Of a DNA stretch of 64,000 nt, positions 1-13,450 are shown piece by piece. The notes below the pieces were generated by a model. That model searched no databases. It saw only the letters and a program-made list of their open reading frames with translations, and had not been told where the DNA came from. The stretch's first letter is position 1. Each line of letters starts with the position of its first letter. The position numbers and the translations under genes were made by a program. Source of the DNA: the human T2T-CHM13v2.0 reference genome, Homo sapiens. The stretch lies in the NCBI RefSeq assembly GCF_009914755.1, contig NC_060928.1. The stretch is one strand, 5' to 3'.

Positions 1-737
1 CTGCAACAATAACAACCTCATAGAATGATGATTTATTCCTCCACTAGCTGTGGCTTCATTCCTTTGATGTTTTGCAGCAAAACTTATCAAATAGTTGTGT
101 ATATTCTCTGTCTCCAATTTCTCTTCTGGACTTCTCTCTTGAAAATACTTAAATGAGGCCTTTGCCCTCATTGCACTTTCATCTGTTCTTGATAAGGATA
201 CCAAATGGCTTCATGTTGCTAGATCCTATGGTAATTCTCAGTCTTCCCTTTGCTTGACCTATCCACAGCCTATTATTTTTATAACAGGTTGACCTATTAT
301 TTGACTAATAAGTTTTCTTCATTTGGTTACAGGAATGTCCAACCGTCCTGATGTTCCTCCTTCTAGTTTCCTTTTCTGGTTCCTCCTACACTCTGCCACC
401 TCTGATTGTTGAAGTGTCCCAAGACTTCGTTCTTGATGTCTTTTTCTTCTGTAGCTTCACTTAGTCCCTTGGTGATATGTAGTCTGCTGACTTTCATGTC
501 ATCTAGATGACAGAGACTCCAAGACTTTTATGTCTAGCTCAGATCTTCTCCCAAAATCCAGACTCATATATTCAGTAATGTATTTGTCATCTCCATTTAC
601 AGGTCTAATGGATAATCCAAACTCAACATATCCAAAACTGAATTCCTGACCCTTGTTCCAAAACCTATTCTGCCACAGCCTTTCCCAGCTTGATTCATGG
701 AAACTCCATTTTCCAGTTGCCCATGAGTAAAACCTTG

Positions 738-827
738 AACTAATCTACCTCTTCCCTCTATTGTACATTCCACACTTATTTCCGGATTAAGTGTAGGATG
801 TACAATAGAGGGAAGAGGTGATTAGTT
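738..827. repeat. Inverted repeat / fold-back hairpin 1, ~45-bp arms centred on TCCGGA
   Basis: 738-783 aactaatc-t-acctcttccctctattgtacat... is the near reverse complement of 784-827; includes 22 contiguous perfect pairs. Confidence 0.95.
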
Positions 828-828
828 A

Positions 829-992
829 TAAAATGGTAAAAACCAAATTGACTTCCTGTTGTCTACCTCTGCAAATGAAGAATACCAAAGTATAGATATT
901 TCTATACCTATACCTGTAGAAATCTCTATACTTTGGTATTCTACATTTATAGAGGTAGACACCAGGAAATCAGTTTGGTTTCTAGCATTTTA
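829..992. repeat. Inverted repeat / fold-back hairpin 2, 76-bp arms, 12-nt loop
   Basis: 829-904 versus reverse complement of 917-992: ungapped, 9 mismatches in 76 by manual alignment. Confidence 0.95.
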
Positions 993-1925
993 ATGCAAAA
1001 TCCCATCACTTCTTGCCACCTCTACATCTCCACTCTAGTCTGTGCTAACATCATTCTCTGACCTGGGTTATGCAATAACATTGTATCTGGTCTCTGAGAT
1101 TTCACTCTTTTCTTCCCAGTCCTTTCTAGTAGCCAAAGTGGTTCTTTAAAATATGTCACATCATATCATTTCTCTGTGAAAAACCCAACAATGTCTCTGC
1201 ATTTCTCACAGAACAAAAGCCAAGGTGCTTATGGTGATCCATTTGGCATTACCTAATTTGCCCCCTTTTTTTAATTAACTGCCTGACCTACTCTCTGACA
1301 ACTCTTCCCCTCATTACTGCCGCAGTCAGTACACTGGTGCCTTCCTTATCCTTGAACCTGCCAAGTGCATTCCTGATTTACAGAAGTGGCTATTCCATCT
1401 ATCTGGAAGCCTCTTCTCCTAAATATCCTGATAACTAATATTTTCACCTCCTCAAAAGCCTACCTTGACTACATTATTTAAATTTGCATCCTGAAATACA
1501 ACATCACCCTCCACTTACGTTTTAGTAATATTTATCATTGCCTAATATATCATGTATTTACTTACTTATAATTTTTTCCTCTACTTTCCTGCTAGAATGT
1601 AAGCTCTAAAAAGGTAAACATCTCTGTCTATTTTATTCACTCATGTATACTAAATGCTTAGAACCATGCATAGTACATAGTAACCACTCAAGAAATGTTT
1701 GTTAAATGAATGAATTAGGTACAGTAAGGGATAGTTTGATTTAATGGAAACCACTGTCTCTTACAATTATAAAAAGCAAAGCAAAACTATAGTAAGCAAG
1801 ATACTCTATATCCGTATCTTGATATAGAGCATTGAAGCATTGAAGGCAAGTTACTTACATGCCTCAGCTTTGTTGAGATACAATTAATGTACAAAAACTA
1901 TACATATTTAATGTATACAAAAAAA

Positions 1926-2022
1926 GATTTTGTAGGTGATGGAGATGTTAATTACCTTGATTGTGGTGATAGTATCATGAGTGTATATATATATGTCCAA
2001 ACTCACCAAATTGAATACTTTT
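1926..2022 (+). mobile_element. Old L1M (L1MC/ME-type) 3' UTR fragment
   Basis: GGTGATGGAGATGTTAATTACCTTGATTGTGGTGATAGT...ATATGTCCAAACTCACCAAATTG resembles L1M 3' ends. Confidence 0.65.
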
Positions 2023-2364
2023 GATTTTTGACTTCAGCACTAATGCTGTGCACCACATACTAAGAACATTCAACTATGCACTGAATTTTAACTTGTAAAT
2101 TTTTTGATTTTGTTATTTTTTAAATTTTATTTATTTTTCCCCTTTTCTGTGGTGCTGATAACTTTGCAATTATTTTGAATATTTTACATATCATGAGACT
2201 TTCTTTCATAAGCTTAGTTTTTGACAAATGGATTGATTGATGAAATTGTATAATTTAATGGTTCTACACATTCTGCATGTCTGTATTTGCAATATTTGCA
2301 GTAGGGCCAAATTGTGGCATGTTAATATACAGAAATTTGTAATAACTGTAATCATTAGAGGAAG

Positions 2365-2795
2365 TGTTTTAGTGACGGTGAGCTAACTATTATAAAAAAT
2401 AAATTAAAACTATAAAAACGATTTAAATGTAATAGAAATGTGTTTCTAACTCATGTAACAACCAAGATGCCTCCAGTTCAGTGGGCGGAGGGTATGGAGA
2501 TGAGCGGCTGCTCCATGCAGTTATTCATGGACCAGGAGGATAGAGACTCAAACATTTTCAGAACTCCACGGTTGCCCTGATATCAATATCCAACTGGCAG
2601 AGAAGCAAAGAAAGGTTTTTATGGTCCAGAATTGGAAGTGACATATATCATTTTAGCTCTTATTCCATTGGCTAGAACTCAGTCTCATGGCCATGACCAA
2701 ATGCAAGAGAGGCTGGAAAATGTACTCAAAGTATGTGTTCAGAAAGAAGAGATGAAAAAATAAAATTGTTTTCAATGACTAGAAATTTTAGTCAT
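2365..2795 (-). mobile_element. Old MaLR LTR (MLT1J/K/L-like)
   Basis: CTGCTCCATGCAGTTATTCATGGACCAGG and TTCCATTGGCTAGAACTCAGTCTCATGGCC...ATGCAAGAGAGGCTGGAAAATGTA motifs typical of antisense old MLT1. Confidence 0.65.
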
Positions 2796-5034
2796 AGAAA
2801 ACTATTTCTGTCATCTCAAAGCCAGATGTAGGGAATTCTAGTTTATTTCAAGCATCAAGTGTGGTAAGGAAAATAAAACTCCCAACATTATTATGAGCTT
2901 TATTGCATCAAGGTTATTTTTCTGCAGTGCTGACTTATTTGGAATGTGAATTTATGCATATACTACAGATGAAAAGTATCAAAATTCTAATATGTCCGTA
3001 TCTTGAAATAATGAGTACTACAGTATAGCACATATATTGGACAGAACTAGATTCTTTTCTAATAATATATGTGAACAATGCATCTTAGTTATATCTATAC
3101 TAACAGAGATACGCTATGGCACAAATCACACAAAGGTATGCAATGAATATGATATCCTACTTTCCTTTCTGCAGATTGGTGGAAATCAACAAGCTGAAAA
3201 AACTAAAGTTCAACATAGTGAGTAACTTAAAAGTCATAAATTTCTTCCCACATGTTTTCAGAGAAGGCATGTGCATATGTGTACTATGTTCTTGGGTACG
3301 ACATTAATGATGAATAAATAATCAATACTTTTTGAACTTTATGGAGAGGAATTTTATTGAATGAGTTAATATCTTACCAAAGTACACACTGAGAAATGGG
3401 GAACAAAGAAAAAAATTGGCAAAACCCCTTTGAGATACTCCAAATTTTATATGTAATTTGAACAAGCATGACTGATGCTGTCTATCACAGAATACACCTT
3501 CTCATAATAAGAGCAAATAGTACCCTAGAAATCCTAGAAGTTTGTGGAATATTATAGAGAAATGAAAATTGGTATGGCAAATAAGTTTAGGGATTCATGT
3601 TCTGCTTACATCAGAGACCTTATTAAGTAGTTAATTAATTTTATTTTAGCAAAATAAAATTATGCTATGTTTAATGTCAATAAAGAAGAAAAGAAAACAA
3701 TTCTACTGAGAAATAATTCTAGTATCAAACCATTCTATGCATATGTTAGATGAAAGCCTAAAAATACTCTGGAGTAGGCAAAGTTGTGGATTTTAAAAGA
3801 ATCTGTGGACTTATAGAAAATGTGTAATTTGAAAATAAAGTAGCATGGTATTCTCCTTGCTCTGATTGTCTTTTAGTTATTGAATATAATTTCCTTTGTA
3901 TTTTAAATGACGATATTAAAAGGAGCATGAGGATTTTATATTTATCACATGGTGGCATGTGTTTTCAGACAACAAATAATATTTTTTCTCTTCCTTTGGC
4001 ATGATTATAATATAATAGAAAGATCAGGACGGCACTCAAAGACTGGTTCTTTAAGGGAAGGGATCATGTCTTCTTTGTCTCTATATCAGTATCTTGTACA
4101 TAGTGGCTTTGTAACTTTACTAGAAATGTGATGAAGCTTCTTTGAGATATATTTAGCTATTCAATGAGGATAACACCACAATTAATTGTTAAAACATCTA
4201 TGAAATAACATTGGTGAATCTGTAGTCCATAGAGTTTTTTTTATAACAATAAATAGTAAAACCCTGTGTTGCTCTGGCCAAGAACATTTAACAATATCAC
4301 ACAAGGACTATAATGGCAACCACATGGGAGACTGGCTTTCAGCTTTCATCCAGTTTCTAAATAGTATCCCCGGCACAAAAACAGCTGAATTTTAAAATGC
4401 CATTCCATTATTATGGAGGAAAAGTAAAACAAGCAAAATAGAGAGGCAGGACACAGATGCATCTAAGGAAGAGAGATGCTGAACAGAACTTCAGATCCAT
4501 GCAAACAGAAATAAACAAGTTAGCAATTTGTAACAAGCTGTCTGCCATTTACAAAGTACAGGAGGGAAGCATGGTTTATTTACCGATATAGCTAATGTAG
4601 AATCTGACCTTATATTGAATGTTGATTCATTACTGACATCCAGACTGGATTTTCCTCTAGTAAAAATAGCAGTGCCACTAGGCTGAAGAGAAAATAGCAT
4701 GGGCAACCACAGCACAGTTAGCAGAATCTAGGTGACAAAGCAAGAGGAAGTCAGACTGGACTGGCACAGAAACATTCTCTAGCCAATTCTTATGTAAGGA
4801 CTCTTATATATATATATATATCCAAATACATTATCTCGTATTCTGTGGGTCAATGTGGTTATCAAAGTATCATTTTATGTACAGCATGTATGTAATTATG
4901 CATAAATTAACTGAATTATAAATTATATCTCATTCATATTCTGTAGTTTGAGATAAGTCATTCAACCAAGTCTTGTTTTAACTTCATAAAATGCAAAGTT
5001 TTATAAGAGAGAGAAGAAAAGGAAGACAGAAAGG

Positions 5035-5396
5035 AATTAGTCTGCTTCACGCTGCTCATAAAGACATACCCAAGACTGGGTAATTTATAAAGGAAAGAGG
5101 TTTAATGGATTCACAGTTCCACATGGCTGGGGAGGCCTCACAATTATGGCAGAAGGTGAATGTGGAACAAAGTCACATCTTACATGGCAGCAGGCAAGAG
5201 AATGTGTGCAGGGGAACTCTCCTTTATAAAACCATCAGATCTCATGAGAATTATTCTCTATTACGAGAACAGCATGGGAAAGACCTGCCCAGATGATTCA
5301 AGTACCTCCCACCAGGTCCTTACCAGGGCATGTGGGGATTATGGGAGCTACAGTATCAAGATGAGATTTGGGTGGGGACACAGCCACACCATATCA
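5035..5396 (-). mobile_element. THE1 (ERVL-MaLR) solo LTR
   Basis: ATTAGTCTGCTTCACGCTGCTCATAAAGACATACCCAAGACTGGG ... GAGATTTGGGTGGGGACACAGCCACACCATATCA is the reverse complement of the THE1 LTR. Confidence 0.92.
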
Positions 5397-7012
5397 GAAG
5401 GGAAGGAGGGAGTAAAGAAACAAAACCAGATGTTTATGTGTCAGACATGTTAAATTGTGCTCAATAATGTTAGGAAAAAATATTATTAAATATACAACAA
5501 TTAATAAAGCTTTCACATGCTTTAATAATAAATAGGGGCCAACAGCCTATTTTAAAAGAGATATTAATTAGGTTAAAGTCCCAGAATGAACTGGAACCAT
5601 GTAGTTTCACAATCATTGTTGAACCATGTCTGAACTTTTTGACTGTGACACCGCTATGCATTTTGTTGGTATTAAAACACCGTAACTATATTTTGAATTA
5701 AAAACAAAGACACCATCTTAACAGATAAATATTTTTGAGAAAAGGAAGGACATATTTGCTGGTTTATTGCACATATAAGGAAAAGATATTTTACTGTCTA
5801 TCAATAAATGCAGGTTCCTTTGAAAAGAGCAAAGAGAGTGTCCTCATCAAGATAATGGAGGGTAGAACTAATTTACCCTGCAGTATCTATTTGTTGTCTG
5901 GGTATTCTTTGGCAAAGACTTATTAAAGAAGTTGAAAAAGTTTGGCAGACAAATGCATTATGTTAAATTACTTAAGCATACATCATTTATGATGTGATAA
6001 TTTCAGTTACCATAGATCATTAAACCAAAATTTTTAGTATAACTACTTTTGAAATATTAAAATATAAAAATGTCATTTATGTTTTCACTGTTCAGTAATA
6101 ACAGTTTCCTAAATACCTTTTAGGTAGAAATAGGAGCTAGTTAAGACATGAATTTTAGGTAGATAGATCTTTTTGTGAAAATTAGTAACAAAATAATAAA
6201 ATCAGTATATCTGAATGTGTATGAAAAATACAAAAAGTAAAATGGCGTTAGGAAACTGACAACTATTTACTTGAAGAGTCCATAAAATCTCCTTTAAATT
6301 GGGAGATTAAAATGTAAAATAAAGTATTATGACACATAGTATGATTATTAGAGACTCTCTAACAAAATTGCATCCACAGATGCTTGCATTACCATCAGTC
6401 CACAGCTATGTCCCACGGAAGGGCAAGCAGAGGCTAATAGCTGCCAAATCTCTTAGAGGATTATTTGTCTCATTGATCCTGAAAAATGTATATGCCATTT
6501 TGTCTCACTTCAAAATACACTTAAGTCATTTTATGTCCTTTTACCTTCACATCATGTTCTCTGTAATGCAGGCTTTGCCCTTATTTTAATTTGAAAAACT
6601 GAAACGGAGATATAGAGATAGAACCAAAGAATCAAAATTCTGCACAATTTTTTTCCAAAGTATTCTGCCATCAATGAACGAAAACTAAAGTATGTTTGTT
6701 AAAGAATCAGTAGAAATAGATCATCAGCTGTCAGATTCAGGGGTCTGACTCTTTGGACATTGCCTTAGTCTAAGCTGCTATAACAAAATGCCATAAAATG
6801 GATGGCTCATAAAAAACAGAAATTTATTTCTCACAGTTCTGGAACATGGGAAGTCCAAGATCAAGGTGCCGGCTGATTCGGTGTCTGCTGAGATCCCGCT
6901 TTCTGGTTCATAGATGGTTAAGACGTCTTCTCACTGTCTTCACCTAGTGGAAGAGGCGAACAAGTTCTTTTATAAAGGAACTAATCCTATTCATGAAGGC
7001 ATGCCTTCATGA

Positions 7013-7390
<378 letters not shown>

Positions 7391-7961
7391 AACCTCTTAA
7401 TATCCTCACCTTAAGAGTCAAAATTTTAATGCATGGATTTTGGAAGAGAGGTACACAAAACTAGAGCATAGCAGACATATTCTAGGGTTTTACTATTACA
7501 TCAGGCAATCTTTCTATCAGAATCACTTGAACATATTCTCTTGATCAGGTATACTTGACACAGAATTTCATAATGTAACCTATGCTAAGATGTAGGCTTT
7601 CACCTTAGTCTTACTTAGAAGAAGATAAGGAGGAAAACAAGAAAGGAGGAAAGAAATCCTCAACTACATTTGTAAAAGTTTGGGAATAGTATAATCTATA
7701 GTAATACACAGGAGAAATATGAAGCGTATTTGATAAAACTACATTTTTAAAATGTATGATGAATAATAATTGTCTATAAATACTGCAAATGGGTTAGATG
7801 GGTATCATGCCTTTGCTTATCTCAGAAATTCATACCAATCACCTAACTGCTTCAAACAGTTTTCTCAATAAGTGAGGTATTAGTGTAAAAACTAATAGAT
7901 ATGATATTTAATTTTATAGAATTTCTTACAACTTAATATGAATGCGATTTTCTTGAGCAAA

Positions 7962-8001
7962 ATATATATGTGTGTGTATATATATATATACATATATATA
8001 T
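7962..8001. repeat. (TA)n/(TG)n microsatellite
   Basis: atatatatgtgtgtgtatatatatatatacatatatatat. Confidence 0.9.
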
Positions 8002-8505
8002 CTGTGAAGTGAAACGGAGAGAAAATATTAAAGCTAGTTGACCATAAAAGTTATCATTTTATGAAGCTAGTTCTTAGAACTTGACAGTGAGAAAGGAATT
8101 TGTGAATGTGTCTGATGAATCTGACACAGACTATTCTAGGTGCTAAAGACTACATATGGCATGATGTGGAGAGGGGGGTAGGAGGAAGAGAGATAGAGAG
8201 ACAGAAAGAGAGAGAGAGAATTCCTTGACTACAGTGAAATGACAGATGTGGGAATTCACCTAGCAAATAATGATCTGTTGAAAAATCAGAATCCCAAAAT
8301 CGAATTATAGAAAGCGTATCTCTAAATTTCAGAGAAGAAACAGAGCGTTTCAGTAGTGATATGATTCCCAGAAGGATAAGAAGTGAAGACTCAAGTAAAT
8401 TAATTGGTTCACATGTTTTATAAGTTATAATACATGAATGTCAGCATACATTATTATCTTTAAAGTTTGGTAATGTGGAAAACAAGTATCTTTAAAAAGA
8501 ATAGG

Positions 8506-8733
8506 AGACATAATGAGATCGTATCTCTACCAAAAATTAAAAAAAATAAATAAATTAGCTTGGCTTGGTGGTACACTCCTATAGTACCAGCTACTCGGGA
8601 GGCTGAGGCCAGAGGTTTGCTTGAACCCAGGAGTTTGAGGCTGCAGTGAGCTCTGATCTCACCACTGCACTCCAGCCTGGGTGACAGTGAAACCCTATCT
8701 CTAAACCACCACCACCACAACAACAGTAGCAAT
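8506..8733 (+). mobile_element. 5'-truncated AluJ
   Basis: A-rich linker plus right arm with J-type GAGGCTGCAGTGAGC; TSD AAAAGAATAGG on both sides. Confidence 0.88.
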
Positions 8734-10064
8734 AAAAGAATAGGGAAAATTATTTTATGAGTTGAAATAGGATTATTAAAATAGCCCTTTGTTATTCCAA
8801 TTCACCTCATTAATCATAAACTAGCACAATCTTATTACAAAACAGGTGTAATTAAATACCTTTAAGGAAATGTGTGGAGAAGCATACAGGCATCATCAGA
8901 ATACATTTGACTTTCTTAAAGCTATTTTTTAAAAAGAGTTATTGCATTATACTTATTTTTTCTTTTGTTTATGATGTGATATATGAATTTTGAAGTTGGC
9001 AAAATAAAATTAAATTCTGCCATTAAATTGGTAAGGTTTTGTGTGTTTCTTAGTCATACTCTATTCTACAAGTTCCTGTATTCCCCAAACAATAAGTAGA
9101 TTTGAATAGATTTCCATATTCTAATTATACCAATAACTAATGAATTCAGCTATTACTTACGATGCATTCCAATCAGAAATGTCACTGATGTCAAACGCAG
9201 TGTCAGGGAAGTTTCTCTGGTATTTGAAGGTACTGACTACTCACATTAATCAAAATAATCGACTTATTTATAATGCAATTGGTTTCTGCTTTTGATGACA
9301 TTGTATTTAATAATTATCTTTATGGTTTCACAAAATGGCTATTTACACCCCTTAATTAGGAAAACTGTGTCAGCATATAAATACATATGCATATATGTAT
9401 GTGTATATTGTCTGTAATGTATGTATAAGTGCCATGTAAGAATGTTAATGGAAGTATGATTGCTCTAAAAATTCAGAATGAATTGGTTCATAAGATTAAT
9501 TGACTAATGTTTAGAATGTGAATACCATATTTCTAAAAATGGTCTTCCAGCTAAATGGGTTCTACCATTAATTTGTGGAAGATTTCATAACATAATTTAA
9601 AATTTGTAGTATCAATACAAACATATGCTCATAAATAACTGATTAGTGTTTTTCTTAAAAATGGAAAAGTCAGTATTTTTACTGACTGACTTTACATAAT
9701 GGTAATTTTATATTTATGCACTTGAAAAATCTCACTGTGATATTAACATATTTACATCTATGTAAAGTTGAGGTCAAGGAAATTTTCTTGCATTTATTTC
9801 CTTACTTGTAACTATTATATGACACTAATCATAATTCTCTCCTGGCATGTGACCTCAGTTATCCAATAGCAGCATTCCTTTGATAGGTATATTAAGATAA
9901 CACATAAAAGGTAGGGCTGCCATTTTACTAATAAAAGTGTGATTTTTAAAAAATAAAATAACGCTTTCTAGCTCCACACATCATGACTGAACCAGACACT
10001 CATATTTACCTCTATCACATATCATAATAGAATTCTTGAGTCAGTAGAAATTAAGCAGAAATGA

Positions 10065-10330
10065 GTTTAAATCACACAGTGTTGAAGCTGAAAAGACATG
10101 AAATATTACCCATTTCAACAGTTGTACTTTATACTTGAGGAAACAGGCTCACAGGAGAGTTATATGAGTGTGGTCTAGTATGCAGAGGAAATTGAATTAA
10201 GAGTTAGAAGAGCTGGTCTGCAGTCCCTTGCTCTGTCAGTAGTGCATAAAATTTAGGAAATTTTCTTAACTATTTTGCAACTGAAGTTTTGCAACTGAAA
10301 CATGAGCAGAATAAAAAAGAATAAAGATTT
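10065..10330. mobile_element. MIR fragments
   Basis: TGAGGAAACAGGCTCAC core and GAGTTAGAAGAGCTGG...CTCTGTCA...TTCTTAACT MIR-like segment; heavily diverged. Confidence 0.55.
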
Positions 10331-10454
10331 TTCAGTGTCCGAAATTACATCACGCAAACCCTCTGATCACATTGAGCACAGAAACCTCATCTCAGAACTT
10401 TTCTGAGAAATTTAAATAATTTAAGATACAAATACATCCAAATTAAGTCCCAAG

Positions 10455-10635
10455 GATTTACTGCAAATGGACATGACAAAATTTTGAAAAGTGATGAAAT
10501 ATCTAAAACTGGATTGTAGTAGTGGTTGTATAACTGAATAAATATTCTAAAAATCATCAGGCTGTACACTTTTAAAATGAATAAATAGTTGAATTTATAG
10601 GTATGTAAATTATATCTCCATAAATCTCTTTTAAA
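10455..10635 (+). mobile_element. L1MB/L1ME 3' end fragment
   Basis: AAAACTGGATTGTAGTAGTGGTTGTATAACT...GAATTTATAGGTATGTAAATTATATCTCCATAAA. Confidence 0.75.
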
Positions 10636-13169
10636 AATCTGGTCACAAAAAAACCTTGACAAGTAAATTTGACTTAAAAAAAAATCTGAACATTCTGACT
10701 GAAAACAAAATTTTTTAACAAAGAAGAAACTGTTCAACAGATTATCTCTCAAACAGAAGACAACACTCTGCTGGATAGCTTTACAATACTATCAATCTAA
10801 CTTTTACCTTCTATTAATATTTTTCTCTAATTGATCAAGCTAAGTAAATTCATTTTGAGTCAACAAAGACAGTATAATGACAATAGAGTTTGCTGTTCCT
10901 TGTATCTTTGTGATAAGAAAAATAATTACAAAAGAGCAAATGTCATTGTAGTTTGTGTATACAAATACAAGACAGCTTCTTTGAATGTTTGAGTTATGAT
11001 GTGTGTGTTTAAGAATAGAGAATCACAGATTATTTCAGGGTCATACTGTAGCAATGTAACATCTAGGACTATCTTCAAGAATGGCTTTTCTAGACTATTT
11101 TTGTGCTTTAATTCTATTTTAAGCTTCCCTACTCAGCTTCATTGTTCATCTGGTTGTTAAGCATGAGCATTTTTTTAATGGAAAGAAAGCTTGTCTAAAG
11201 GGTAAATTGCCAAAAGGATTAAAAGTGTGTTCGTTGCCCAGTCATTTTCCACCCTCAGCCCCCCGCCTGCTCCCACCTCATACACTTATCATGCTGTCAC
11301 TCTTTGCTCCAGGGCAATACGTTTTTATATACCCACCCAGGCAGGATTCCCTGCCTGATGGACACGGCTTATAGTGGCCTCAAAGGACCAGAGATTTGCG
11401 AAGATGATCTCTTTCCCATTCTTTGAAGAGCAGAAACAGTAAAATTGAGTTTCAGGGCATTAGCCAATGAGATGTTAAAATATCAACTACCATGCCTCAC
11501 CTGGCCTGAAACCAAGGTTAAGATCTTCTTTAGTGCTTCCTCCCCATCTACTCTTCATTCCTGAAAATCCAGGCTCCCATCTGCCCCTTGCCCAGTGATT
11601 TTTTTTTTCTCCATAAGCTGATACATCCTTCCATTGGGTTATTTACTCCCAAACCCAGCAGAAGATGGAGTCCTACCACTATTGGTTCTATTACTTTCTC
11701 TTACTCAGGAATATAATTGATTTGTGTTGTGCAAAGTAAAGTTGGCTTTGATTCAAACACATTTTTAGAAAAATTGTCCCAGTACACAGGTTTGTAACAC
11801 TTTTATTTTTCTCATACCACTCCCTCCCAGCCTCACTGAGTTTACATACTCACATACATTTAATACTAAAACAGATAAGCTCTGTAATCTTCATTTTAGT
11901 TTTTAATTCTGGGACACCTTAAACAAGATTTTCTAGAATTCAACTATTAGATGATCTCTAAACTATTAATACATTATTGTTTGTAATAAGATACTCTGTA
12001 CTAACTATATATTTTAGCAAATTTTCTTACATTCTTCCATATTATTTATCATTTTGTGACGAAAATATAATAATCTATCGATTATGGGATATAGATTCTA
12101 GTTTGCTTAAGAGAGTTCTTGTATAACTTGTCTTGTTATACAAGACATATTTGGATATTCACTTTTACTCTTAGAAGTATTCCATTCTGGTCAAAAACTG
12201 ATATAGTCACCTTAGTTATCTGTCACCAATTAGATGTCTCTACAAGTGAAGTATAGTTGACACATTACATTACCCTTCTCCCTTTAAGCTGAGTACTGTA
12301 TATTTATGCTGTAATTAAATAGTTATTATTGACTATTACAGATTATGTTTTCTGAAAGTTAAATTTGAATTCTTAAAACTCAAAATGTGTGGGTATGCTT
12401 GAAAAACTAAGCAGTAGATACAAGAAATCTAGGAATTTCTGAACATAGACTTGCCTTTTTTGTAGACAATAAATTGTATTCTTTCTTTATCACCGCCTAA
12501 TTAAAGAACACAGAATAACTTGCCTTCCTGTTTCAGCAGACACCTAAAGTAACACAAAGAAAACACACATTTACACACACATTCTTAATACCAAGTGATG
12601 GTAATGGCAATCACAAAGAAAAAAAATGGCTTATTGGTCAAAATATCTTTCTGAACTAAGAGAACCAAACTCATATGTGATAAGTTGTATCAACTGTTTA
12701 CTACATTGCATTGCACTGTTTTCCTCTATATACTTTCTGATCTCATTTCTGTGGCATCATATTCCATAGTCTTTATTTTCACGTCTATATTTTTTCTTCC
12801 AAGCTCTTTGTTATTCTGTTCATCTTTTAAGCATTAAGTATTCATTATAGTAGAGCTCTATATGCAAGATTCATCTTTAGAAATACCCTTTGTAAATGTA
12901 ATAAATATTTACTTTATATTTTTGCTCCTCAGTAAAAGGAGAATGGCATTTAATTAATTACTGGGGTCCTTGGATTAGGCAACTCCTCTTTTTCCCTGAC
13001 ATTGTTAAAATTTCATCAATTATTATAATAGGTTCCTTATTGAACTCTACCTCTGCTATATCTCCACTTTATAAATCCTTGGGTTCTACTGTTATATCTG
13101 TGCACTACTTTTAAATTTGCTCTCATGCTCAAAACTCTTTGGTAGTTCTCTGTTGCCCACAAAGCACCT

Positions 13170-13450
13170 AGATGACTGGCTTGGGTGTCTGCTGTTGCTA
13201 TTCACCAACTAAGAAAGAAAACAAGGAAAAAATAAAACCATTTCCTGGAAGGCAGATGGGGAAAGGAAGAACATGAACTTAGTTAAGGTATGCTGTCTTG
13301 AAGATGCTGTAGAAAACCCAGATCGAATTTTTCAACCCTTGCAGTCCTGAAATAGGATCTGTGAGACGTTGATGAGTGGGCGTTACAGAGAAAATGGGAG
13401 AAATCAACAAACAGTAGGGATTTAAAGCTGTGGGACTGAATGAGATCATT
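13170..13450 (-). mobile_element. L2 fragment
   Basis: Purine-rich antisense L2-like segment ending TTTAAAGCTGTGGGACTGAATGAGATCA. Confidence 0.5.

Larger units (their letters stand above)
1..1715 (+). mobile_element. L2 (LINE-2) 3' remnant, degraded
   Basis: Pyrimidine-rich L2-like sequence (e.g. CAAACTCAACATATCCAAAACTGAATTCCTGA, CTAGAATGTAAGCTC) ending in the L2 3' terminus TGTTTGTTAAATGAATGAAT at ~1696-1715. Interrupted by the hairpins at 738-992. Confidence 0.8.

Noticed and set aside
11338-11357. CAGGCAGG-ATTC-CCTGCCTG hairpin as terminator or regulatory stem
   Set aside because: An 8-bp stem is expected by chance in 64 kb; no supporting context.
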